From Amoebidium appalachense (taxonomy: Eukaryota; Protista; Ichthyosporea), in NCBI GenBank assembly GCA_963693365.1, contig CAVNZM010000005.1, forward strand, positions 5,525,167 through 5,589,166: 64,000 nucleotides of DNA. Direction: 5' to 3'. A program made the position numbers and the translations under genes. Shown here piece by piece: positions 41,900 to 64,000 of this stretch; the first letter of the stretch is position 1, and each line of letters starts with the position of its first letter. A model generated the notes under the pieces. It was not told the origin of the DNA and searched no databases. It was given only the letters and a program-made list of their open reading frames with translations.

Positions 41900-42543
41900 G
41901 GCGGGCGGGCGCGGGCGTGCGTGCGTGAGCGTGCGTGCATGTGTACGCGCGCTTGTGTGACCACACATGTTAGTGCGTGGTGGCATGTGTGGGTGTCTGC
42001 ATGAATGTATCAAACACATACACCCCAGTGTTTTCTATGTATGAGTGCATCAAACACATACACCTGTGTTTTCTATGATTGAGTGCATCAAACACATACA
42101 CCCCAGTAATTTTCTAACCCCCACTGATGATATTATGCAGCGTGGATCAACAACTGTGTGGGCCACTTCAACCACGTGTACTTCATGCTATTTATAGTAT
42201 ACGCATGGCTGGCCTGTCTCTACTTTATGGCCATGCTCTGGAGACCATTTTGGGAGACACACACCCTTCGCAAGGTACTTAACACCTACCTTATCCCTGT
42301 GTTCTTTAAGAAGAAACATTTCAAAGTATGATGGTGTATTCGTCTTGTTAGTGTACACAAACTGTTGCACGTGTGGTCGTGCTGGCAGATTGGCAGGAAT
42401 CACATATTCTACAGGGAAGCACATATATATGCTGCAAGTGTGGGTACTGCGGCTTGCATACATGCGCAAACACACCGTGTATACACATGCATGCACACAC
42501 ACACACAAGTGCGCGCAAACACGCATGCACGTACATAGCAGAG

Positions 42544-42583
<40 letters not shown>

Positions 42584-43074
42584 CTCCCCCCTTCCCCCCC
42601 AAAAACACATACATAATCCCCCCCCCCCCCCCCCCCTCCCCCCCCCCCCCCCCGCCGGCCCTCCTTCTCCCCCCCTTCCCCCCCAAAAACACATACATAA
42701 TCCCCCCCCTCCCCCTCCCCCCCCCCCCCCCCCATATGACTTGGGTCCTCCCTGAGGATGGGCTCTGCTTATGACGCATACTGTGCACATGGCTGATGTT
42801 GCATACTTGAATGTTTGCCTTTGCATGTGTCCTGCACCATGCTTCTCGTCGTGTATGCGTACTTCGTACCGTGTTCCGCATTCAACCCCCCCCCCCCCCC
42901 CCCCCCCGCGGCCCTCTTTCTCCCTCCCCCCAAAAAACACATACATAATCCCCCCCCCCCTTCCCCCCCCCGACCCTCTTTCTCCCTCCTTCCCCCCCAA
43001 AAACACATCATCATCCCCCCCCCCCCCCCCCCGGCCCTCTCTCTCCCTCCTTCCCCCAAAAAACACATACATAA

Positions 43075-43124
<50 letters not shown>

Positions 43125-44010
43125 ACACACACCACCACCCCCCTCCCCGCCGGCCCTCTATTTATGTAGCTGTTTTGTAATAGTGAGGGTCGTGAATTAT
43201 CGGGGAGTTGAATAGTCATGAAAGCAGAGTGGCGCAGTGGAAGCGTGCTGGGCCCATAACCCAGAGGTCGCAGGATCGAAACCTGTCTCTGCTATCTTTT
43301 TTTTTTTTTTTGGTCCCTCCTTTCTTCCAAATTTTTTCTCCCCCCCCCCCCCCCCCCCCTTCATCTCCTACATCCTACTTGGTGCCTTTCGCTGTTTTCT
43401 TTTTCCTCTGCGAACTTGCTTTGCCTTTACCTTTTGTACTGACACCACCACTACAATCACCGAATATAGATCTCACTTCTCGACGTGGATAATGACAATA
43501 TGCTGCTCTGCTTTGTCGTGGGAGGCGCCCTTACGTATGTACCCCCCCCCTTCCCCCCCCTTCCCCCCCCCCCCCCCCCCCCCCCCAACCCTCCCCCACT
43601 GCCGCCGCCGCCGCCATCCTATGCCCTATCCCCACCTCCACTGACACAGACTTCACTTTTGGTGTGTATCGTCGTTTTAGGGCACGAATAAAATTCTCTG
43701 CATGTGAATAAGAAATGTGATGTGTCTCATCACATACGTGGTTTTGCACATGGGCCAATGGCACATATCCCCGTATCCTGGCACGTTTTCCACTCAAGAG
43801 GAAGAGAAGATGACTAATTCTTTGGGTTATCGTTTTTCAGGGTTGTGATGTCGGGGTTTTTGCTGTGGAATGTGTACTTGGTATGTACGGCACAGACTAG
43901 CATCGAGGTGGCAATAAACAAGTCGGGAGAGGCTGAGGTATTATCCCCCCTCCCCCCCCCCCCCCCCCCCCCTTCTCCCTTCCCCTCGCCCCCCTTCTCC
44001 TCCCCCCCCC

Positions 44011-44041
<31 letters not shown>

Positions 44042-45053
44042 ACACCACCCCATCCCACCCACTCACCCATCTCCTCTGTCCCGGTAGAGGGAGAAGAAAA
44101 AGTGAGATCGTAAATAGAACGGAAAGTAGGACACACAATTAGGCATGTAACACTCAACACACATTCCCTCCCTCCCTCCTTTCATCGCTCTTCCCTCCCT
44201 TTCTCCCTCCCTCCCTCCCTCCCTCCCTCCCTCCTTACTCCCTCCCTCTCTCTCGCTCGCGCTCTGTGCTTTTCTTGCCCTCCCTGGTTCTGAAAGCATG
44301 ACACATATTCCTACCCTGTTCTGCAGTTCAGGTGTTAGCCCCCCCCCCGCCCCCCCCTCCCCCCCATCCCGCCCACATCCGTTTGTTTTCGAATTTTTTG
44401 TTCTGTGCTCCTGGCCACGTCTTAATGCAAGAGCTTGTGTTGTGCGCGCGCGTGTGTGTGTGTGTGTGTGTGCGTGCGAGGTGGGTGGGTGGGGAGTGAG
44501 GGGTGGGGGGTGAGGGGGTGAGGGGGGGGGGGGGGGGGGGGGGGAGGGGGGGAGGGGGTATGAGTGTGCGTGTACGTGTACGTCTGGGAGGGAGGGGGGG
44601 GGAGGGGGGAGGCTGCAGACCAGGTATAACTGCAGCTCACACTCCTGTCGTTCAGTGGGATGCGCATCCTTACAATCTTGGAGCAGCAAAGAACCTGCGT
44701 ATTTTCTTCAACATCCCCAAAGGGTAGGTTTTTTATTTTTTCATGCTACACCCCTCATATGTGTCCGCATCTGTGCTGGTTGAGTTTAGATTCTGATGGG
44801 GATAGCGTGAAAGCTAAATACGTGAGAACTATTTCCCCCCCGGCGTATGTGTGCGTGCGTGTGTGCATGCGTGCGAGCGTGTGTGTGTGCGTGCGTGCGT
44901 GTAGTCTTAAAGCCTCATAGGTACAAATTTTTGCTTACCCTCACTTTTGCCTCCACAGTGAAACTCTCCCGTGGCTTCAACTTCTCATACCGCAAAAGAG
45001 ATACCCATACGGGGACGGTATCAAGTGGACATACAGGAAAGACGTTCTTTTGA
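37738..45053 (+). CDS. DHHC-type protein S-palmitoyltransferase (ZDHHC family; ZDHHC16-like is tentative)
   Basis: In-frame exons 37738-37843,39603-39760,40802-40853,41401-41478,42141-42274,43470-43534,43841-43937,44656-44723,44921-45053. [41 protein letters not shown] (TTxE), PYNLG..KNL (PaCCT), four hydrophobic segments. Start codon uncertain. Confidence 0.92.
39346..39449 (+). repeat. Dispersed repeat, old subfamily, DHHC intron
   Basis: ctgatgatgggctctgccta...tttgcactctgcattg...gtcgtactctacaacacatctaa followed by a C-rich run. Confidence 0.7.
41997..42115. repeat. Three ~38-bp tandem units (tgcatcaaacacatacacc..ttttcta)
   Basis: atcaaacacatacacc recurs three times just upstream of the 42141 acceptor. 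Confidence 0.9.
42545..43110. repeat. Minisatellite of Cn-cggccctct..-aaaaacacatacataat units (about 5), interrupted by the dispersed element
   Basis: aaaaacacat at 42601, 42685, 42932, 42999 and 43058. Confidence 0.85.
42736..42885 (+). mobile_element. Dispersed repeat, young subfamily, 5'-truncated
   Basis: Matches the 3' 150 nt of the 21402 copy. C-runs on both sides. Confidence 0.75.
43223..43294 (+). tRNA. Initiator tRNA-Met (CAT), inside an intron of the DHHC gene
   Basis: 72-nt cloverleaf AGCAGAG...CTCTGCT-A with A1:U72, GGG/CCC in the anticodon stem, CAT anticodon and T-loop GATCGAAAC (A54/A60): hallmarks of the eukaryotic initiator tRNA. Confidence 0.96.
43297..43311 (+). terminator. 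Pol III oligo-T terminator of tRNA-iMet
   Basis: T-run starts 2 nt after the discriminator base. Confidence 0.8.
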
Positions 45054-45376
45054 CGACAGAGAGCGGGGAGATTATTAATATGGGTGGTTCAGAGTTATTT
45101 TCGGTTGATACGTTATAGTTAACAAAAAGAGTGTGGTTGTTGTAAGTAAGAGATTGGTGGGCGGTTGGTTGGTTTTTATTACAGACGAACGAATGTGCTT
45201 GGGTTGTTGCATGTGCGTTGCGAGGTGGGTGAGTCTGTTTACGAATGTAAATTTGCTTCTGGGCGATTGCATCGATTGTGGCGTTTGTTAAATTTTTGAG
45301 CAAAGGTTTGCTTGATGGCGATGGAAGTACACGTTGTGAGATTTCGGTGGTGCCGTGGGTGTGAACGGCGTGGTGA

Positions 45377-45408
<32 letters not shown>

Positions 45409-46049
45409 ATTGTTCAGATGATTTCTTTTCATATCTAGCAATTGTATTCGTAACGTACGAAAGTATCACTGTATGGTAACTATCATTTTCTTTTTCAAAA
45501 GCCGTATGCACGTATGTATGGTATTGTAATGAAGCTGTTTGCCATTAGCACGCAACGGCAATTCGTTCACAAACATAGCCTTACCTCTATTCCTATCGAA
45601 CTATTGCTTCTTTTTTCGTATTCCTCATGCACTGTTAGTATATTAGCACCCCAACCGATTTTCGAAGATCATAGGTTTACTAGGTAAAATAGGATTCGCT
45701 GTGACGGAATGTCACTAGCGTATGTATTTTCATTTAGACTAACAAACAATACATACTCGACTGCTATTGGTCTTATGACTTAACAGTTGTGTTTACACGC
45801 GGTCACGTCAGTAGACTGCATTGAAAATAAAAATTGGTTTGCAAAGCCAAATGCCGAACCCAGCCTGAATATTTTTTTAACAAAAACGGGGGGGGGGGGG
45901 GGGGGGGGGGATGTTTCCACCGTAGGCCTTACGTTTACATGTTGAAACCGTGATGCTGCATGGCCATGTCTCCTCAAAGCCCTCTGTTGCACCTCCCATC
46001 CCCAGCCCCTCCATCCACCCCTCCCCCCACCCCCTCCCCTTCCCGGCCC

Positions 46050-46395
46050 ATCGACCCCCTCCCTGGGGTCCCTGCACCGCCCACGTACATATCTACTGCC
46101 CCCTCCCCCCCCTCCCCCCTCCCCCCTCCCCCTCTCCCCCCCCTCCCCCCTCCCCTCCCCCCTTCCCCTCCTGCCGACCCCCGGGGGGCCCACACCCCCT
46201 AAGTACACATAGCCCCCCCCCCCCCCCCCCCCCCCCCTTTCCCCTCCCTCCTTCCGGCCCGCCCGGGGAGCCCCGCATCCAACACGTACATATCTACTCC
46301 GAACCCCCCCCTCCCCCCCTTCCCCTCCCCCTCCCAGTCGCGGGGGCCCCGCACCCCCAGGGCCCACGTATATATCTATTGCGCCCCCCTCCCCC
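46050..46395. repeat. Degenerate C-rich minisatellite, about 4 units with core gggg.ccc.cac..cacgtacatatctac
   Basis: Core recurs near 46082, 46283 and 46365, with a variant near 46201. Confidence 0.75.
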
Positions 46396-46914
46396 TCCCC
46401 ATCTCTTCTCCCCACTTTCTCGAGCTTCTCGTCCTTTGAAGCTACACGTGTACATGTGTGCACAATGCAACTCATGCCACACATGAAAAAATCCTTGTAA
46501 AGATTTTTCTGAACACACAGAAGGGGATGGGCCTATGCATATGAGGTGTGACTGTGTGTGCGTGTGTGCGTGCGCGCGAGTGTCAACTGAGTGCGATCGT
46601 CGTGTTTGTTTTGTGCGTGTGTGTGGATATGCACAGTCGTGTATGTGGGCGGGTGGGCGTGTTGTGTGTGGGTGCCTGAGGAGAGGAGGGGCGGAGAGTG
46701 GAGGAAGATGCGGTCTGCTTGTGTGGGAAGTGTGAAGGGGATGGGGAAAGGGGTGGGAGAAAGAGATGGGCAGTGTTTGCTGAGTATTTTGGCACACATT
46801 TCTGGAACGGTTAGCGCGAAATTTTAAATGGGAGGGAAGGATCCCCCCCCCCCCCCCCCCCCCCCCCCACACCTTTGGACGAATCCAGCACACAAGGCAC
46901 CGTAAACCAGCACA

Positions 46915-46967
<53 letters not shown>

Positions 46968-46980
46968 ACTGGCATACACA

Positions 46981-47021
<41 letters not shown>

Positions 47022-47728
47022 GTGCACAAACGCACACACACACAAACACACACACACACACACGAGTGCCCTCAGCGCACACGCATGAGCACGTTGTTAC
47101 TATATGGTGTGTGTGCAAAAGCCACATGTCCCTCTGAGGCTCAAAGCCACCGTTCATGGGACTGGTGTATTTATGTGTTCGAAATGAGGCAGCCCTACTT
47201 AGTACCTTTTTCGGCCAAGTTTCCCCCTCTTACTGCAAAACACATGTATTTTATTGTGCACACGCATATGCATGGCAGTATGAGGTGCTGAGAATAAATG
47301 TTTATTGAATATGATCCGGGTCCCGTGCCCCCCTTCCTCCCCCCATCCCCCCTCCCACCCCCCCCCCCCCCCCCCCCCCCCCCTCCCCTCCCCCCAACCC
47401 CCTCCCACCACCCCCCTCCCCCCCTAAACGAAAGCAACTGATTGGCGTGGCAAAACAAGATAATGGTGGATTTGGGAGGCTCCAGAAAATCATTGGATAA
47501 TCAGACCCTACTTCCAAAGTACCCATGATCTTAAATTCATTCACCCCCTGTACATGTACCGTACATCACTCAAGTGTGTTGTGATGACGCTGTGCAAATG
47601 TTGCAAGTGTTAGAATTGAAAGCAGTGCTGTTAAATCATTCACTCAGGTCAGAAATAACACCATATGCACCCAACAGGCCATATGCAATATTGCACGTGT
47701 TAGAAGCCGTGACCGTCCCGCTAATGAT

Positions 47729-48706
47729 CTATTTGAGCAACTCCACACCAGTGCCCCCGTGGTAGGGCAGAACTGCCACCCGATACTTCTCGCCAGTAGG
47801 AATAGTGAATGCCGTGCCATGGCCAGTTCTGTTAACACCAAACGACACCTTTCCGCCACTGTGCAAACGAATGCCAAAAATGGCCGCACTAGGCGCTGCA
47901 AAAGCACTACTCATGTACGTGGTGCCACCGCATTCGCCGTTTTGACCGTAAACTGTTCCATCATATGTGAGGAATGGGGCAGTGCCATGGCCAGCTGCAG
48001 AAAGAATCGCCTGTGAGAGAGCCAACCCAACCATTAAGCCGTTTTCGTCTGTAAATGTGTGCTTGATGCGAATTTCCGAGAAGTTGCCGCTGTCCGGATC
48101 CGGCCATGCCATCTCAGGACCCACCACCATGGTATTCCACTCTCTAGCACCAGTAGTTTTGGTTGCTGTGCGACAATCATACGAGAGGATAATGTGTTGG
48201 GGTGTGACGAAGGGGACGAACCTGAGCTCTCCCGGTACGTCATTGACAAGTTGCTTGGGGTTTACTTCTTCCATGAGTCCATCCAAACGGTAAAATTCGG
48301 CATCCTCTTTCAGAATCTTCTTTTCTATTGGAGTAAGTAGGTCCACAGAAACATCCCGCCCCCCGAGGTAGTCCGCAACATAGTGAAACACCAACGGATT
48401 TCTGTTGATGAAAAATCTACCTCTCTTGTCGACGTCTTGCTTGGCCTCCCAGTACCCCGAAAACATAGCGGCAAAATACGAGCCTGGCTTGCTGGTCAGG
48501 TCCTTGAGGGGAAGGGAAAAGTGGCTGCCCCCCACGTTGAGGGTGATAGGGTCGGCCAGGTTGCTGACAAAGAGTTTGGGCTCCATGTTGGCCAACTGCG
48601 CCTTTTTCTCCTGTAGTGTGTTTACTTCCTGTTCAATTGCAGTCATTTTCCTGAAGAGTTCCTCAAGGGCAGATGTGGTAGATTGGAAGTGGTATTTAAG
48701 CGCCAT
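47729..48706 (-). CDS. Intronless coiled-coil + BTB/POZ (KCTD/T1-type) + SPRY/B30.2-like protein
   Basis: 325-aa repeat-free ORF. ITLNVGG..F..L..PGSYFAAMFSG, FFINRNP..FHYV.DYL, EDAEFYRL is a T1-type BTB. C-terminal LMVGLA...IFGIRL...VSFGVN...GTAF...YRVAV is SPRY-like. Confidence 0.9.
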   Translation of the reverse strand: MALKYHFQSTTSALEELFRKMTAIEQEVNTLQEKKAQLANMEPKLFVSNLADPITLNVGGSHFSLPLKDLTSKPGSYFAAMFSGYWEAKQDVDKRGRFFINRNPLVFHYVADYLGGRDVSVDLLTPIEKKILKEDAEFYRLDGLMEEVNPKQLVNDVPGELRFVPFVTPQHIILSYDCRTATKTTGAREWNTMVVGPEMAWPDPDSGNFSEIRIKHTFTDENGLMVGLALSQAILSAAGHGTAPFLTYDGTVYGQNGECGGTTYMSSAFAAPSAAIFGIRLHSGGKVSFGVNRTGHGTAFTIPTGEKYRVAVLPYHGGTGVELLK

Positions 48707-49425
48707 TTTTGTCCAAGAGTAAGTGTTACATGAGGTGGTGCATTGGAAGCAACAAACGGCCCGAGGGTTTTATTGTTGTCTGGATGCTTTGCAATTGAGC
48801 TTCTGTTCCAGTTATACTAGAGTTGTCTAATAATTGGTACTACGTACAAATGGTACGATGAACTTGACAATTTGAAAGCTAGATCTATGTAGACCAAGGC
48901 CCTTGTAACGAGGAAGTACACAACATGAGCTAATGCAAACTGAGCAATATGGGCAGCCGATTTGGGATTATAATAGAAAAAAAAACCGGCGTTCACAGCC
49001 TGGGGCTGCCCCAAAATATGCATGCAGCTGAAAAGTGTCTCGTTTTGCAGCAGAATGTTCGTGTTCGTGCTTATCAATTTGATAGAGAAACTGATCAGAC
49101 AGCTCATCCACCTGAACCTTATGTGCGTGCATGAGTTATGCGTGATGGCGTGTGCGCCTGTGCGTGTGCGTGGGTGTGTGTGTGTGTTACGTGAGTGTGT
49201 GTGTTTGTGTTGTGTGTGCATCTCTCTCTGTGTCAATTCGTGTGTGCGTGTGTATGCGTGTGCGTGTCGGTGTGTGTGCGTGTGTGTGTGCATATTGCAA
49301 GCTTGAGGTTGTTTGCGTGTGTGTTATACGTGCGTTTGTGTACATGTTTGTGCTTCTATGTACATCATATTTGTGTGTGTGTGTGTGTGTGTGTGCGTGT
49401 CGCTGTGTGTGTGTGTGTGTCAGGT

Positions 49426-49469
<44 letters not shown>

Positions 49470-49747
49470 CTGGGCACGTGTACCGTGTGTGTGTGTGTGC
49501 ACGTGACGGTATTTGAATACATGTGCGTGCAAAAGGTGCACACGTGTTTGCGTGCATGGGTGTGTGCAGGCATATTGTGAAGCGCGCATATTTGGATGTA
49601 TCTGTACGTGGGTGGACGTGGGTGGCGGTGTTAGCCCTTGCGGCCTTGATGGTGGTGGCGGCGACAGTTTTTTTTCCAACTTTTTTTTGGGGGGGGGGGT
49701 ACCGGTGTGAGTGTGCGTGTGCGCGCGTGTGTGTGTGGGTGGGGTGA

Positions 49748-49787
<40 letters not shown>

Positions 49788-50334
49788 AGGGGGGAGGGGG
49801 GGGGGGAGGGGGGGGGGGGGGAGAAGGGGCGGGGGGGGCTTCGCGATTCCGGGGGGGCGCTGGCAGTGCTCAAGTTCAGCCCTGGGACCGTGACAACTTT
49901 TCACGGTGTTCCCTATGTGTCCGGCGACTGGTCACGGAAACTTCGTTCGCACGTTTATGCCGGGCGGGGCGGCAGCAGCAGCAGCGCGCAGCTGGCGGCC
50001 GATGTACAAAAACCAATCAAAAACGTGCATGCGAATCCAAATACTGTGTAATCCCACAATCAAATCCGGAACTTTACCCATTGACCTTTCTCTCGTCCTC
50101 TCTCATTCCAGCAAGGGTAAACCCCCTTCAAAACGAACAAATCTTTCGCCTTTTACTAAAGATTTCCGTGGTGGGGGTTTTCAAGCCCACTTCACAAATT
50201 TGTTGTGGCCATACTCTGTATGGCTTCCCCTCAACTATAGCTGAAAAAACTATCCACACCACGACGTCGGCTGCTTTACCGCGTTGCCCATCCTTACTCA
50301 CCCCACCCTCTCTTCTTTAGAAGTTTGTTCTATC

Positions 50335-50545
50335 CCTCCAATTCCTTTCGAAAGCCCTTCCAGTTTTCTTTCCCACCCACTTTACCCTTTTCTCTGCACA
50401 GGGCCTGTGAGAGTTCTTCCTCCATTTCCTTCGAGACTCGAGTTTCTTCCCAAGTTTCTTTTCCCTTCTACCCACTCTACCCTCTTCTCTGCACACTCCT
50501 GTGAGAGTTCCGTTCCTCCATTTCCTTTTGAGTTTCTCCTCAATT
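50335..50545. repeat. Degenerate ~90-bp tandem repeat (2.3 units)
   Basis: cctcca.ttcctt occurs three times; acccact.taccct.ttctctgcaca..cctgtgagagttc occurs twice. Confidence 0.8.
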
Positions 50546-52677
50546 TTCTCTCGCTCTTCTCCAAAATCTCACGTATCAATTCGGCCAATTTTACAAAAAT
50601 CCCAGCATCACCAAATCCAGTCGTCCATCTGTAGTCCCATCTTCCATCCTACAGTTGCCTGCAATGTTCTACACTCGCTCGGAGACCACTTCTGCTCCGG
50701 GACTGCTCTTACCCAGCTCCCTGAGACGCATACCAACAAACAATTCCTTTCTTATTAGTGTTGAGACAATAAATTCGACTCTCTTCATTTGTAACGGATG
50801 GCAACCCAATTCTTTATTCTCAGCCACGTTCTCTGCACTCTAATGATTCTCGCATTGGTATACTACAGCAAGTGATCGCCACAGTGTATGTTTTCTTGGA
50901 GCTACCTCCTGGGCATAGATGACTGTTTCAACCAGGTCTGCGAGCCTAGAGCAGGACTGTATACCGTCTAAAAAACAACTGTTGAAAAAGACTTAAAAAA
51001 AGGACGGATCGCATGCTACCTACAGTATAATTTTCATGGCAGTAGCCAACCGGAGACACCGACAGGAACAATCCCCATGAACACTTCACAGGAGCACTCT
51101 CATGAACCCTCACTAGGAACACTCCCCAATGATGTGCAGGTTTATTGATCATGAGAGGTCTTTAGAAATCTCTTGCTACATGGGATGAAGCCTTTGTTAC
51201 ACAAAGCTCGAACAATTGAGACAACTTTGAAATCAGAAACCAAGCACACAATGTGCACGTCATAACCCTTGTGTGAACAAGACCTCTCTGATTTGTGCAA
51301 ATATGTTCTAGGTACTGTATGCCGTTATGTGTTTGCTTGGATATTTGGCGTTATGCACATGTTTTGTGTCTCGCGCCCTTTCTATTGATGGCGACGTATC
51401 CCATTTTTTCTCAAAGACAGGATCAAGGGGCCCCATGGGGATAGGGGTGGATGGGTGGGTGGGAAGGTGGGTGGGTGGGTGGGTGGGTGCGGGGTTAGGG
51501 GGAGGAGGGGGGGTGAGAGGGGGAAGGGGGGGCACTGGGGGGGGGGAAGGGGGTCCCGCGAGCACGACGGGGGACTCGTGATGTATGCGGTGTATGTGGT
51601 TTACATGGTGCAGTCATAGAGCAAATGCGGACTTACATGTATTTTGGGGATGCGGAACTAATGCTAATAACTATCAATAACAACAAGACCTTCGGACGCA
51701 CAAAAGCAGAGAAGGCAAGAAAAGACTGCCTTCACGAGCTTCATCTGTATCAGGTGGCGTGCGTGTGCTGGCATGGTGGCTGCCGCACCGTTACAGTTTT
51801 CAAATAACGGCGCTTGAGTTTGCCTGGGAATTTTCAGAAGGGGCCATGGAGAGAGATACTTTTTGCCAAGCGAATAAGCTAATTCTATAACTATTAGTAC
51901 AAGGCGCAACATCGCAATGGCACAGAGCTCAGACAAGAACTCGAGGAAATTGCAAGCCGGAATGCTGCGTGCAGCGGCCGCAGCGCACGGTGTAGCTCAG
52001 AGCCGCATGCCACAAATATATCATAGCCAATAGTAAATGCTCAAAAACAACCCTTTTTGGTCGGTGATGCTTTTATCCAATGTTTGCAAAGCATATCCAA
52101 CCTTATATAGGAAGAGCGCGAAAGTAAACAAAGGCTCGATGACTGCAGCACTGTTCTTGGGAGCTGTGTTCTTATGTGTTCTTCAGTGTTGCTGTTGTTA
52201 GTAAAGGAACATGATCCAGGAGTTTAATTAAGGCAACGGAATTCATAAGGTAAGCTATAAAAGTATTATCATTTTCAAATTTGGGAAATATAATAGATTG
52301 CAGGTAATCAGTTTTTTTCTACCCTAATCCACTTCCTCTCGCTTTTTGTTGTGTAGACCCGGTTGGTTGTGTGTTTTTTCCCAGGAGTTTTTTTTTGTTT
52401 ATGGGCCTTTTTTCTCGAGCACGCGTTGGTTGTGGACGGCCATAAATGGGATTCGAGTAGAAAGCACACATATATAACTCGTAGAGTTCGGTGAAGTGCC
52501 CCTTTCTTTGGTAGTTTTAGTCTTGCTGCGCACAATCACAGATTTTTCACAATTCACATACTTTCACCAAACTTGTTCGATTCAGCTCGCTTGGTTCTAC
52601 GCCCTGCGTTTTAACCAAGAACAATCATCAAACCCTTGCATTCACTATTGGGTAAATGTAGCCTAAATTTTCCCAAA

Positions 52678-63881
<11,204 letters not shown>

Positions 63882-64000
63882 GTCCCCCCCCCCCCCCCCC
63901 CCCCCCCCCAACCCTTCTCCCCCCCTCCCACACCCACCCGCCCACCCATACAACCCTCAACCCCACCCCCTATTCCCTTAAAAGAGAGAGGTGGGGAAGA

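Noticed and set aside
41997-46395. CRISPR-like arrays (repeat plus variable spacer)
   Set aside because: Spacers are related C-runs or absent, the context is eukaryotic, and there are no cas genes; these are minisatellites.
50040-52030. Decayed gene or transposase in microsatellite-poor intergenic DNA
   Set aside because: The best frame I read (- strand, about 50590-50940) has several stops, no more open than chance, and no recognisable motif. A tblastx search would be needed.

Overview
Eukaryotic, intron-rich genomic DNA saturated with poly-C/poly-G runs and (CA)n/(TG)n/(CT)n microsatellites. Nearly all ORFs in the supplied track are repeat read-through. Manual splicing (GT..AG, phase-checked) gives six protein genes: (1) a 24-exon, 5'-incomplete SHPRH/Rad5-like SNF2 gene that keeps only the N-terminal ATPase lobe, has degenerate motifs, and ends in a TCF/ZNF395-type C-clamp; (2) a PH/PTB-like domain gene; (3) a complete 11-exon FANCL (- strand); (4) a DHHC palmitoyltransferase, divergent from FANCL, with an initiator tRNA-Met in one intron; (5) an intronless BTB + SPRY-like gene; (6) a 3'-incomplete C2H2-ZZ-ePHD-ZZ chromatin-reader gene. 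The non-coding highlight is a dispersed ~270-nt element with about 13 copies. All copies are intronic and sense to the host gene, most have variable 5' ends and a fixed 3' end abutting poly-C, and the long copies show a pseudoknotted fold with compensatory changes. There is also a TA-flanked MITE. Animal-like FANCL/SHPRH/C-clamp suggests an opisthokont, possibly a unicellular holozoan (inference only). All homologies are recognised from memory, not from searches.
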